NCBI GenBank assembly: GCA_900088475.1
Contig: FLMG01003517.1
Coordinates: 1-42,824 of the forward strand
Direction of reading: 5' to 3'
DNA length: 42,824 bases
Source of the DNA: Hyphochytrium catenoides
Taxonomy: Eukaryota; Protista; Hyphochytriomycota
The position numbers and the translations under genes were made by a program. This document shows, in pieces, positions 25,790 through 38,138 of the stretch. How positions within the stretch are numbered: the stretch's first letter is position 1; the number at the start of each line of letters is the position of its first letter. A model generated the notes under the pieces. It was given only the letters and a program-made list of their open reading frames with translations, was not told the DNA's origin and ran no database searches.

Positions 25790-26299
25790 GTTCTCTCCCA
25801 TTCCGATAGTTGTCTTTGCTCGTCAGTGTCTCTCCCTGCATCTCCCGTGTATCTCTCTTTCTTAGTTGCGCTCATTTTATCTTCTTTCCTGAATGGTGGT
25901 GAAGGGTGTCTTTATTATAGTCTCTTCAAACAGACTCTTTCTCTCTCTCTTTCTCTCCTACCTTGTGTTCGCATTTGCCTCTCTCTCTCTCTCTTCTGTC
26001 TCATTCTCTCTTTGCCTGTGTTGACTGTGTCCATTCGGTTATCGGCTCGTTTTCCCTGAGGAAACTAAGCATCCCGCTTTCTGTCTTTCTTTCTCTCTCT
26101 CTCTCTTTCTTTCTCTCTCTCTTACCTCAGGTGCTGGCTTACACCCGCCCAGAGCTCCTTCACGAGGACAGAGAGGAGCTCGTGACGCGGTTGGCCTCAG
26201 AGGCAAGAGACGGCCTCTCTCGGGTTCTTTCCTTCTTCGCTCATTCGTCCCTTCTGGTTCGCTGTCAACAAGGGCTCGCTGTCTCTCTCTCGCTCTCTG

Positions 26300-26331
<32 letters not shown>

Positions 26332-26460
26332 TCTCTGTCTCGGTAACCTATCATTCGGTTTAGGCTTCGGCTGACCTTTCTCTAACTGTCTCTGTCTCCT
26401 TTCTTACCACCTGCATCTCCTCCTNNNNNNNNNNNNNNNNNNNNNNNNNNNNNNNNNNNN

Positions 26461-26495
<35 letters not shown>

Positions 26496-27166
26496 GGATC
26501 AGCAAGTTATCCGCTCCACGAGAGAGAAGCTCTCTGAGGATTATTATTCCCAGTTTTCCTTCCAGCCTCAGATAAACGAGATATCCAAAGCCATTGCTCG
26601 CCCATCTCCCTCTCTTCAAGAGAGAGAGACACTCCAAGAGAGAGAGAAAAAGAGAAGAGAGTTGCTACGAGAAGAAGAAGAGAGAAGGAAGAGAGAGTGT
26701 ACCTTTCGTCCCTTTCTCTACAAGGCACCACAGAGTGTGGACGAAGGCGCAGAAAGGTACAGACTCAACCTCAGCAACCCTCAGGAACTGCCTCACGTCA
26801 TCGAAAAGAGAAGAAAGGTTGGACACGCTCTCTCTCTCTCTCTCTCTCTTTCTTTCTCTCTCTCTCTCTCTCTCTTCATCTCTCTCTCTCTCTGCTTTGT
26901 ATTTATCTTATTTTCTCTCTCCATTACCTACTTGCATGTCTTTAACGAGCAGAGAAGGCTTCTTCCTCCTTCTCTCTCCCTATCTCTTTGCTTTCTCTCT
27001 CTCTTTCTCTCTTACCTGTCTTTCTCTCTTTCTGTCATTACAAGCCGTTTGGTCTTTGTCGTGCGATAGAACATTTATGTGCTGTCTCTCTCTTTCTTTC
27101 TACTCTGTTCCCTCTCTCTTTGACCCCTCTCTCGCCTATCTTTTTCTTCAAAATGCCATCATTCTT

Positions 27167-27215
<49 letters not shown>

Positions 27216-27982
27216 TTCTCCGCCTCTCTCCTCTCTCTCTTTCTCTCCCCTGGTAGGTCCGAGAGGAGGAACTGCTTGACAAGCAGAGAGAGAGAGAATA
27301 CGAAGAGTTGCGTCACTGCACTTTCAAGCCCAAGATCCGCCAGCCTCCCCGTTCCCTCAGCCCTCGCCCCGTCATCGTGAGGGGACTCGGGAGGTTCCTC
27401 GAGGGACGATCCATGGCAAAACAGAAGCAAGATGACTTGAGGCAAGACTCTCTCTCTCTCTCCCTCTCTCTCTTTTTTCTCTCCCTCTCTCTCTCTCTCT
27501 CTTTGTCCTCCTCTCTCTTGTCTGCCTCGCCGTTTCTCTCTCTGTTTCTCGGTCCCCCGTCGGACCATAGTTACTGTCATATTTTGAAAACGTGTTTGGA
27601 TCCTCGAAGTCTCTCTCTCTCTCTCTCTCTCTCTTTCACTTGCCCTCGCTTATTCTCATCTCTTCTATCTCGGATGGCTGTTTCGCTCTTTCTCTCCTTT
27701 CCATGATTTTCTAGAGAGAGAGAGGCTCGAGTCTTCTTCACAGCGGACTATCTTCGAAAGAGAGAGAAGACTTCTGGCCGCGCAATCACTCTTCCCTCTC
27801 CCTTTCAACTGACTTCCCGGAGGCATGACACACATTGCGAAAGGAGAGAACAGCGAGAGAGAGAAGAGAGGAGAGAAGAGAGAGAGCTGGATTTACCAGA
27901 CAGTGCCCATAGGACATCAGTGAGGAGAAGAGAGATTCTCGATTCTTTTCTTTCCCATGGACACGCCTCTTCTACGGCCTAA
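22007..27982 (+). CDS. Large charged coiled-coil protein with nine [TS]F[KR]P[KE]I-type repeats; putative microtubule/centrosome-associated, ~850 aa
   Basis: Exons 22007-22741, 23121-23618, 24264-24518, 25042-25116, 25586-25720, 26131-26202 (or -26223), 26497-26817, 27257-27441, 27715-27982. Repeats: LTFRPKI, LTFKPKI, LSFRPAL, LSFKPKI, CRFTPEI, PTFRPEI, FSFQPQI, CTFRPFL, CTFKPKI, plus ITLPSPFQL. Two N-gaps in introns could hide exons. Confidence 0.8.
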
Positions 27983-28168
27983 ACAAGGACAAGAGAGCTC
28001 TCTCTTTCTCCCTCTCTCTCTCTCTCTCTCTCTCTTCTCTTTCGTTTCATCAGTTTCTCTCTGACTTTGGGCAAAATCGGAGTGTCTTTATCGTGGCAGC
28101 GTAGAAGCGAGTGGAGATGTGGAGGACTGTAAAAAGAGAGAGACAATGAATATAGAAAAGCAAAAGGG

Positions 28169-28209
<41 letters not shown>

Positions 28210-29363
28210 CTTCAACATGGAGGCTTCTCAAATCTCTGAAGAGGCCATAATCTCAGTTGCCTTATTTTTTCTCCAAAGTATGAGAGGGAAAAGAAGCTCG
28301 TCTCTCTCTCTTCCGTTATCATTTTTAATATCTTTATCGTTGGTTGTTCAGCAGTGGGTGGTGTGCCACAGTAGAACTAGTTAGCCATCTTCTCTCCCTC
28401 TCTCCTTTCTCTCTCTTTCTTCTCTCTCTCTCTCTCTCTCTCTTTTTGTTCCCTCTGTTCTATCTTCTTTGACATCTTATCTCTTTTTGCACTCTACCAG
28501 TGCTCTTTTTGCACTCTTGGCACACTCTCTCTCTCTCTCTTATGACTGTGCGGGGCAAGAGGCACAGGAAAAAAGGAGAGGAAGAGGAAAAGAGAGAGAG
28601 AAAGAGAGAGAGAGAGAAAGGGACGAATGCCACCCATCGCGCCCGACGTGGGTTCTGTCGTGAATTAATCGCCATTATATAGCCCACCCATCCCAAGGAC
28701 TATACGTGGCCTATAAAACCCCACCCACCTGATAGATGAACCTCTGGGGTGATGATGTTTGGCTGGTCATAATAATAAGAGGTACTGCTTTTTGAATTTT
28801 ATAGTATATAAAAATAGGAGATGGGTGGTGTAGTAATATTGACGGGAGTGGTAGGAGGAAGACTGTATCTTTATGTCTGTGTCCGGCTCTCTTCTCTTCT
28901 GAGGCAGAGAAAGAGAGAGAGAAAAAAATCANNNNNNNNNNNNNNNNNNNNNNNNNNNNNNNNNNNNNNNNNNNNNNNNNNNNNNNNNNNNNNNNNNNNN
29001 NNNNGAAGAGGAGAAAACAGAAGATAGGTGGAACAGAGAGAGGAAGCTTAGAGAGACAGAGGGAAAGAGGAGGAGTCAGAGAGAGGGAACACAGAGAGCG
29101 AAGGAAAGGAAGGAGAGAGAGAGGATGAGGAGAGGAAGAGGAAAGCAGAAAGAGGGAAGATGAGAGAAAGAGGAGGAGGGAGAAAAAAGTGCTCCAAGAA
29201 AGAGACCTAGAAAGGATTTGGGACACTGAAAGTGAGGGTGGGGAAAGAAAGAGAGAGAGAGAGAAAGAAAGAGAGAGAGAGAGAGAGCGAGAGAGGGTGA
29301 GAGAGAGAGAGAGAGAGCGAGCGAGCNNNNNNNNNNNNNNNNNNNNNNNNNNNNNNNNNNNNN

Positions 29364-29396
<33 letters not shown>

Positions 29397-29924
29397 AAAA
29401 GACAGAAAAAGCAACGACTGGAAGTCAGCATGGCCAAAAAGAGAAACACTGATGAGGATGCATGCGCCCACTGGGGTCAAGTTGGTAGGAACTTTGACAA
29501 GAGAGAGAGAAAGGAACAGAGAGGGAGAGAAAGGGAGAGAGAGAGAGAGAGAGAAAGAGAGGATGAGAGATACAGAGAGAGAAAGAGAAATTGGGACGAG
29601 AAGCAGCGAGGGAGAGTTCGTACCAAGCAAGTTAAAGTATGACACCCCCAGCCCGCTTCACCTCATCTCTTTGGCTCTTCCTCCTGACCGTTATGCTGCC
29701 TTCTTTCTTTTCTTTTCTCCTTGACTCACTCTCTCTCTCTCTCTCTCCATTTATAAACTTTCTCTTCCAGAAGTAACAGACGATTTTCAGCACCACACAT
29801 CTTTCCCATAAACGAACTATAATTATAGAAGAGAGAGAGAGAGAGAGAAGCACACACAAAAGACTCTCTCTCCTTCAAAGCACTGAAAGAAAAATCACAA
29901 CGAGAGCCTACAACCTAGGAGAGA

Positions 29925-29982
<58 letters not shown>

Positions 29983-29984
<2 letters not shown>

Positions 29985-31073
29985 GTCAGTCCATCCTGCC
30001 TCTCGAGCCGAGGCAGAAGAAGCGCTGAAGAGAACGAGCTACTCAGAGTTTGACTTCCGCTATGAAGTTCCTCTCTTTCTTCTTCTCCCTCTTCTCCTGA
30101 TCTGGGGACCGCTCGCTCTCCGCGCCATCCCTGCTATTATCTTAGGTTTCTCTCTCGTTTCCGTTCTCTCTCTCCTTCTTCTCGCCAATTTCTCTCCTAC
30201 AAAGTTGCAGTCTCTCCTTCCTGATCCCGCGATCCGAGCCATTATTATACTGGCAGCGCCTTCCTCAGATGCCCTGAGAGTTTTGCAAGAGAAAGTAAGC
30301 CTCAAGTCTCTCTCTCTCTTCTTTCTCTCTCTCTCTCTCTTTCTCTCTCTTTCTCTTCTCCGTTTTCTTTTCCTGCTTCTTTTGTGTACTTCTATCTCAT
30401 GCTGTCTCTTCCTTCTCTTATAAGGCCAAACGCACTCTAAACTATGTCTTTTCTCTCTCTCTCTCTTCCTCTCGCTCCGTCTCTCTCTCTCTCTTCGTAC
30501 CATTGTTTCCGGGTATCCTCTCCATTTAATGTTGGGACTCCTTTTCTCTCTTTCTCTCTCCCTGTCTCCCCTCTCTCTCCCTCCTTCCGATCAGGTGTTT
30601 CCGTAGTTCTTCCTTTCTCTCTCTCTCCTCTGCCTTTCTCCATTCTCTCCGTCTCCCTCTTTTGACGCAGGCCACCCTCTCTCTCCCTCTCAACTCCAAT
30701 TCTTTCTCTCCCCCTTTTCTCTCCTCCCTCTACCCAACATCCTCTCTCTCTTTTTTTCTCTCTCTCTCTCTCTTCTCCTCCTCCTCTCTCTGCCTCTCTC
30801 TCTCCTCCTCTCTCTGCCTCTCTCTCCCTCTCTCTCTCTCTCAGTGGCAAGACTACCTCAAACGCCGTTCTCCCTCTTCTTCCTCTTCAAGAGAGAGACG
30901 AAGAAGCCGCGTCTCTTCCTCTCGCTCCTACCCTGGGCCTGTTCTCTCTGTGGATCACCTGCAGCTGCTGGAGGCCAACGGCGAGTACGAGCGTCTCATT
31001 GTTAATCTTAGGAAATTGCTGAAGAGAGATGAAGCGCTCTGGTCCCATCGCTGGGTCAAGGACTGGATTGGCA

Positions 31074-31111
<38 letters not shown>

Positions 31112-31418
31112 GAAGGAGAGCTCAGGCGCAAACCAGGAGAGAGAGAAAGCGAAGAGCGTAAGAGGTGGACAGGAAGAGGTAGAGTGCGTGTGAAAGGAAT
31201 GGGAGAAAGACAGGGCCCGGGAGAGAGAGAGAGAGAGAGAGAGAGAGGTAAAGAAAGATAAATACACCATTATATGTGAATAAGTCAAGAAAAGAGAGAG
31301 AGAGAATGGTGGGAGGGGGCGCCACGAAGGAAGACTCACTCTTCCTTTCCTTAGTGCTTACTGCTCCAGCTTTCTTGCTTTCTTACCTCTCACCATACTC
31401 TCTCTCCCCCCTCCCCTC

Positions 31419-31449
<31 letters not shown>

Positions 31450-32528
31450 CTCTTTCTCTCTCTCTTTCTTCTCATTGTCTAACAGGCGATGGCGCAATCT
31501 CTTTATCCGGGAAGCAATGAACGATCCTGTCGCTCTCTCTCTCGCCACGCGGCGCTCTCTCTTCTCCGCTCTCGGGTTTGTTGACGCTCGTCCTCCCTCT
31601 CAAAGGATAGCAGAGCGCTTCCTCAAGGGCTCTGGACCGCTAGAGTATGACCGCGTCGAGGGAGGAGAGAGAGAAGATGTCTTTCCTTTCCCACCTTTTC
31701 TCTCTCCCTCTTCTCTCGACGTTGGCCTTCTCTTCTGTCCTGGACTTTTGAACGGGCTAATTCCTCTCAGAGCCTTTCATGAGGAATTGTCAGAGATAGA
31801 GAGAAGGTTCTCTCTCAAGGTTATAAGGGCAGACTCGCATCCTCTCTCTTCTTGCGAGAGAAACAAAGAGGACATTCTCCTTGCTATTAACAAGGGAAAA
31901 GGCTTGGGCGCGGACAGGAGAGAGAGAGAGGGAGACGGGAAGCCTCCTTTTGATAAGTTCTTGGCCATTGGCTATAGCAAAGGAGTGCCCGATATTTTAA
32001 GAACCTATGTGGACTGGTATGTAGAAGAAGGAGGAAAGAAAGAGAAAGAGAGAGAGAGAGAGAGATCATGCTCTGTTTGTCCTCTGTCTCTCTTTTCTCT
32101 TTCAAGATTTTTTCTGTCTTTCTTTTGATGACCTGCCATTGACCCTCTCAATGGTAAAACATGGGGGCCAAGTCACTGATTGCTTCAGGGTCTGGTCTCT
32201 CTCTTCTGCTTAGTCTTCTCTCTCTCTTTCTCTCTTCTTACATCTCTTCCATCTCTTCCCCCTTCTATTCTTTCTCTCTCTCTCTCTCTCTCCTCCAGCG
32301 CAGCCTCATTACTTTCAACTTTCTCCTGTGCATTGTGCTTTCTTCCCTTACGCTTACACTCTCTCTGTCTTGCTCTCTCTCTCTCTCCTCCCCGCACCGT
32401 GTGTCCCTCTTTCTCCCCCGTCGATTTCTTCGACACTTTCTTTCTCTCGCCCTCTTTTGCTCTCTCCTTGTTCTCCAACTATCGGGGGTTTCACCCCTCG
32501 CTCTTTCTCTCGCTCTACCTTTCTTCCA

Positions 32529-32571
<43 letters not shown>

Positions 32572-33409
32572 CCTTTCTTTTGACAGTGAGGACTTTCGCT
32601 CCCGTTGTGTTGGAATATTCAGTGTCGCAGGAGCTATTGGAGGCTCTTTCCTCGCCAACAACCTATGGGACACCCTTAAGGTAGAGAAGAGAGAGAGAAA
32701 GAGAGAGAGAAGAGAGAGAGAGAGAGATGAACCCTTCTTGTCGTCTAATCTCTTTTATTCTCTGCAGGGTTATGACGATACTTGGTGGCTAAAGAATGTC
32801 GATGCCATCGTGACCAAGATCATTCCTCCGCTCAAGATCATCAGACCGAGAAGATTCGGGGTAGACGGCTTTCCTTTTCTCTCTTTCCTCTCTTTCTCTC
32901 TCTCTCTCTCTCTGTTCTCCATTTTGTCCCTCTTTCTCTGCCGCTTCGTATATCTCTTTCCGTGTGTCTCTCTCGCAACCAACACTTACCCTTTTCTCCT
33001 AAATCGTCCTCTCTTTCCAGATGCTGGAGCAGACCTCGTCTCGTTCTTCCCCTTTCTCTTCCCTCTCTCTCTTTCTTTCTCTCTCTTCTTTTTGTTCTCT
33101 CTTCCTGCTGTCTTTATTTCTCTCTCTCGCTCCGTGTCTCTCTCTCACTATCTCTCACTTGTTCGTCCGGCTCTAATTTTGTCTCTCTCTCTGTCTGTCT
33201 CCCTCTCTCTTTCTCTCTGCCTGTCTCCCCAGGAGACAAACCTCCGTGATGCGATTTATGACGTGACAACCTATGGGAGAGAACGATTTCTCTCTCGACA
33301 TCGGGAAGAGCTAGAAGCTATGAAGATCCCTGTCATGTGTCTCACAGGCTCCTGCACCGCAGCAGAAGTTCCTTTCTTTCAAGTAATAACTCTCTCTCTC
33401 TCACCTCGT

Positions 33410-33441
<32 letters not shown>

Positions 33442-34010
33442 CTTTTTTCCCCCTTAGTGATACTCAACAGGGCAACTCCCTCACGGAGAATTCTTCTCTG
33501 GTCTCTCGGGTCCTCTTTGCTTCCTCTCTCTTCCTTCCCTTTAACAGCTCTCTCTCTCCTCTGTTTCTTCTGCTTTCCCCATGTAACACCCTCTCCCTCA
33601 TTTCTCTCTCTCTTTCTCTCTCTCTGCAGGTCCAGGGCGCTCTCATGCTGAACATCTACGACAACAACAATGACATGCAATTGACAGAGAAACAAGCGCT
33701 TCTCTCTTCCCCAACGGCCATGCACTTAGCCCGTCTCCATGCTAATCACTGGGATATGACTCTTCCCCCTTTCCCTTTCTCTCTCTCTCTTGGCGCGGGA
33801 CAACTGGACCATCCTCTCCCGAAGAGAGCGCTTCTCTCCAGCATTGTGATGATGGCAGCAGAGCTTGGTTTACTTTCTTCCACGCTTGATGATGAGGAAG
33901 AAGAGAGAGACAAGAGAGAGAGAGAACAGAAAAGCACAAGCAACTTGGAGGTCTCTTCTCTCTCTTCATCCCCACAAAGAACTGCGGAGAAGAGTGCTGA
34001 AGTTGCATAA
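29983..34010 (+). CDS. Alpha/beta-hydrolase fold protein (lipase/esterase-like) with N-terminal transmembrane segment(s), ~596 aa
   Basis: Exons 29983-30294, 30845-31074, 31486-32016, 32587-32680, 32768-32860, 33233-33382, 33630-34010 (1791 nt, in frame). Oxyanion-strand-like LLFCPGLLNG, nucleophile elbow FLAIGYSKG, then VAGAIGGSFLA, candidate Asp in NNDMQL and His in ANHWD. Hydrophobic N-terminus VPLFLLLPLLLIWGPLALRAIPAIILGFSLVSVLSLLLL. Confidence 0.85.
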
Positions 34011-34764
34011 ACGCAAGAAGAATGGGAAGAAAGAGTAGAAGAGAAAGAAAAGGAAGAGAGACACCGAGAGTGAAGATAAGAAGAAGAGAGGGAGAAGAGA
34101 GAAGCGGAGTTTAATAAGAAGGAAAGAGGGACGAACCAGGTATTATTTATTGGAAAGAGAGAAGGAAGGCAAGAGTTAGCCTAAGTCCAGTGTAAGTTAG
34201 GACAAAACTAAAGTAGAAACTCAATGTAAAGAGGGAGAGAGAGAGAGAGAGAGAAAAGAGAAAAACAGAGAGAGGAGAGAGAGATGCAGAAGAAAACAGC
34301 GAAACCGTTGCTCCACGTTATAGAGTCAGCACTAGATACACATCGGAGATATAGCCTTAGAAATGCAAAATGTCTAGGAAAGGGAGAGAAGAAAAAGTAG
34401 AGAAAAGAAAAGAGAAAGTTCGTCTGAAAAGAATAAGCGACACCTTTGAGAGTTGTCATCATTCGGTGTCTCTCTCTCTCTCTCTTTTATCCTTTATAAA
34501 TCACTCAGTGTAGAGAAGAGGGTTGTAGTTCAAGAAGAAAGAGAGAGACAAGTGAAGAAGAGAGACACTCTGTGGGCAAAGACGACAGCAGAGAACAATA
34601 GTTCTAAATATACAGCAAAGAGCTGGGAAGGGAGAGAAAGGCAAGGATCAGCGTGTACTATACCTATCATTCCTCTCTCTCTCTCTCTTCTCTCTCTCTT
34701 TAGGTATCCCGAGGGGAGTTGGGCTGATCTCTCTTTCTCCCGTCTCTCTCTCTCCCTCCTCTTC

Positions 34765-37700
34765 CTATCCTTCATCAGGTCTCTCTTCTGTCCTCTCTTG
34801 CGTCAGCGCCTTCTCTTCCTCTCCACCATCTTCTCCTTTTTCTTTAGTGGGTCTTTCTTCAGGCTCCTGTGTCTCTAGCCTTTCACTCTCGTTGTCTGCC
34901 TCGTTTTCTTCTCTCTCTCCTCCCTCAACAAGCATGTCCTCTCCCTCTGCAGAGTTTGGGACGTCATCGTCTCTTTTCTTCCCCGTTTCCACCTGTTGCT
35001 CTTCTCTCTCTTCTTCCGCTCTTGTTTCTCCATCTTCTTGTTCTTCTTTTTTCTCTTCCGGTTCTCCATAATCGTGTTCTTCTTCTCTCTCTGCTTCGGC
35101 TCCTGTGTCTTCTTGTCTTTCTCTCTTTTCTCTCTCCTGCTCCTCTTCGCTTTTATCCTCTTTGCCCTCAACATCCATGCGTTCACTAGGAGAGAAGTGT
35201 CCGTTCTCGACCAGGTCGTCCGTTGTCTCTCTTTCTCTCTCTCCTTCACTTTCTTCCTCTTCCTCTTCTGACTCTGAAGATGTTGGGGGATGGCCATAGT
35301 GAACAGCTTGGACTGGCTGTGGTCGAGGAGTAAGGAAGCGTTGATATCTAAGAGGAAGAGGAGAGAACAGCGGGTGTGAGAGAAGAGAGAGAGAGAGAGA
35401 GAGAGTGAGTGTTGAAAGGAGAGAGAAGATTGAGAATGAGAGGAAGGAACGAAGGCGTAACCAGAGAGGAGAAGGTGAGGGAAAGAGGAGAAATAGCGAG
35501 ACCTGGGGGAGGAAAAAAGGGGAGGGAATGGAGAGAGAAAGACAGAGAGAAAGACAGAGAGAAAGACAGAGAGAAAGACAGAGAGAAAGACAGAGAGAAA
35601 GACAGAGAGAAAGACAGAGAGAAATAAGAAAAAGCGAACAAATGCAGTCCTTTCCCTCCTGAGACCAGTGGACATACAAAAGGTGGGGAACGGAAGACAA
35701 GAATCCAAACTTATGGGGAATGAAGAAGTGCGAGCAAGAAAGGGACAGAGGAAGAGAGAGAGAGAGAGAGAGAGAGNNNNNNNNNNNNNNNNNNNNNNNN
35801 NNNNNNNNNNGAGAGAGAGAGTGTGAGAGAGAGAGAGAGAGACGAAAGAGAGCGAAGATAAATGAAAGGACGGGATTGAGGAGGAAAGCTGACAGCCGAC
35901 AAGGAGAGAAAGAGGCAAAATTGAAGAGACAAAGGAGAACACTCATGCAAAAGCCACAAAGGGAGAAGAGAATCATTCGATATACTGACCGCTTGGATTG
36001 CTTCGGATCATAAGGAGGTAACTGGAAGAGAGGCGGAGAGAGAGAGAGAAGAGACCATTCTTCGTCGTCAACAGGAGGCGCTGGGCGTGGAGTCTCTCCC
36101 CGAATTTCCTTGTATTTCAACATGTCCTGTGGGAGATGAGAGCGAGAAAGAGAGAGAGNNNNNNNNNNNNNNNNNNNNNNNNNNNNGAGAGAAAAGAAAG
36201 AAGAGAGAGAGGGAGAGAGAACACAAGAGCAAAGGAGAGAGGGAGATAGGAAAATAGAGAGAGGGGGGAAAAAGAAAAAGAGAGAAAACAAGGAGGACTC
36301 CGTCAGTGTCTCCCTCTCGTGCTCATTTAGCGAGAGGTTGCGATCATGATCAAGCTACGAACCGGATGAAGCTTGAGGATCAGTCGTCTCATATCGTTAA
36401 TATCCTAGAAGAGAAGTTAAGCGGCGTCAGGAGAGAGAGAGAGAGACATCGCGATCGGGAGGAACAAGTGGCAATACTCTCTCTAGTTACAAAGATAAAA
36501 AAGGAGTAAATCGATAGCACAATGAACATGAAAGAGATAGTAAGCAGAGATCAAATGGCATACATTGAGAACCCACTCAGATGGACATCAAGAGAGAGAG
36601 AGAGAGGGCCAAAGAGAAAGAAAGAAAGGATAAGAGAGAGCTAGCTCGATAACACGTCCAAAAAAGATCCAAAAAGAGAGACAGAGAGAGAGAAACGAGC
36701 AACGAGCAACGCTAACAACCGGGAGGAAGAAGTAAAAAGCACCTTCGTTCCCGTCACGATCAGGTTTCCTGAAGGAAAGACGAGCATTCGAAGAGAGGAA
36801 GATCTACTCTGGCAGATGACCGCTGGATAGAGCTCTGGCTCATATTGAAACTAAACCGCAGAGAAACAGAGCTAACGTTAGAAGAGAACCAAGGAAAGAA
36901 AGCCTCAGCAAGAGAGAAGCTATCCTGCTGAGCAAACTAGAGAAGAGAAAACAACCAGGAAACAGCAGTCGCACTGTTATTCCCGTAGATATATAGACGA
37001 AGAGTCTGCGGTGGCCAATAGGTATAGCAGACCAGCGGGAAGGGAACAAGAGGAGAAAACATCAGTAAAAGGAAGTACAGGAGAGGGAGAGAGGGAGGCA
37101 AACGGGGAGAGAGAGAGAGAGAGTGTGACCTAGATAGAAAGAGTGTCGCTGGCAGGCAGGTGACCGGGCACAGAAAGGGTACGAGAAGAGAGAGAGAGAG
37201 AGAAAGACAGATAGCGAGGGAAAGTGACCAGTTTTATGGTGTCAGAAAAGTCAGAAAGTTTGCATAAGAGAGACAGAAGTGGACTGGACGCTCTCTCTTT
37301 CTTCTCTTCTCTGCCAGGGGACCCTCTCTCCTTACCTTGATGTCATCATGCTTCTGGTTGACGAAGAATCTCTCAAGATTGACGGGGAAGCCCAGGTCAC
37401 AAGTCGCGACGATGTTGTGCACCATAAAGTCCATAAAGTTGGCAGACGGGAACTCAAAGCCCTGGAAACATGACAGACAACGGCGGGACGGCTTAAAGAG
37501 AGAAGAGAAGAGCACGTAGAGATCTGCGGAAGAGTGTACGAGGAAAAGCAGGGGAAAGGCAAGAGAAAGCCAGTGGAGAGAAGAGAAAAACAAGTTTTTC
37601 CAGTAAGGAAAGGAGAGGGGTAGAGAGAATCGAGGAAGGGAAAGGCTGAGAAAAGGAGAGAGAGTGGAGAGACAAACAGGCATCAACAAAGAAGAGAGGA

Positions 37701-38107
37701 GAAGAGAGAGAGACAGGGGAGAAGCGAAGAGGAGGTTTTACCTGGAGAATCTTCACAAATTGCTTCCCAGCAGCTTTGGCCTGATCTTCGTCTTTGACGC
37801 CTGTGATCCCAACCTAGGGAAGAACAGCTTAATGCACCAAGTTTGAAGCGTATGCGGCCGAGGTCAGAGGATGAGAACAATAGAGAGAGAAAGAGAGAGC
37901 AACGAGAGAAAGAGGAGTAGAGAGAAAAGAGAGAGAGAGAGAGAGAGAGAGAAGAGACAAAGAGCTAGAAGAGGGAGGTAGAGCAAGCCACTTTGAGAGC
38001 AAATGGATCGACACCTCTCTTTCCTGCTATTCTACTTCACGCCCTTCCTCTCTCTTTCTTTACCTATCTTTAATCTCTCTCTCTCTCTCTCTCCTTCTCT
38101 CTCTCTC

Positions 38108-38138
<31 letters not shown>

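Noticed and set aside
28749-28902. C/D box snoRNA (GTGATGA ... CTGA)
   Set aside because: Boxes are about 150 nt apart, with no terminal stem and no recognisable rRNA-complementary guide.
29620-29670. Selenoprotein (ATG AGG TGA AGC on the minus strand)
   Set aside because: No resemblance to a selenoprotein family I know, no CxxU-type motif and no convincing SECIS seen.
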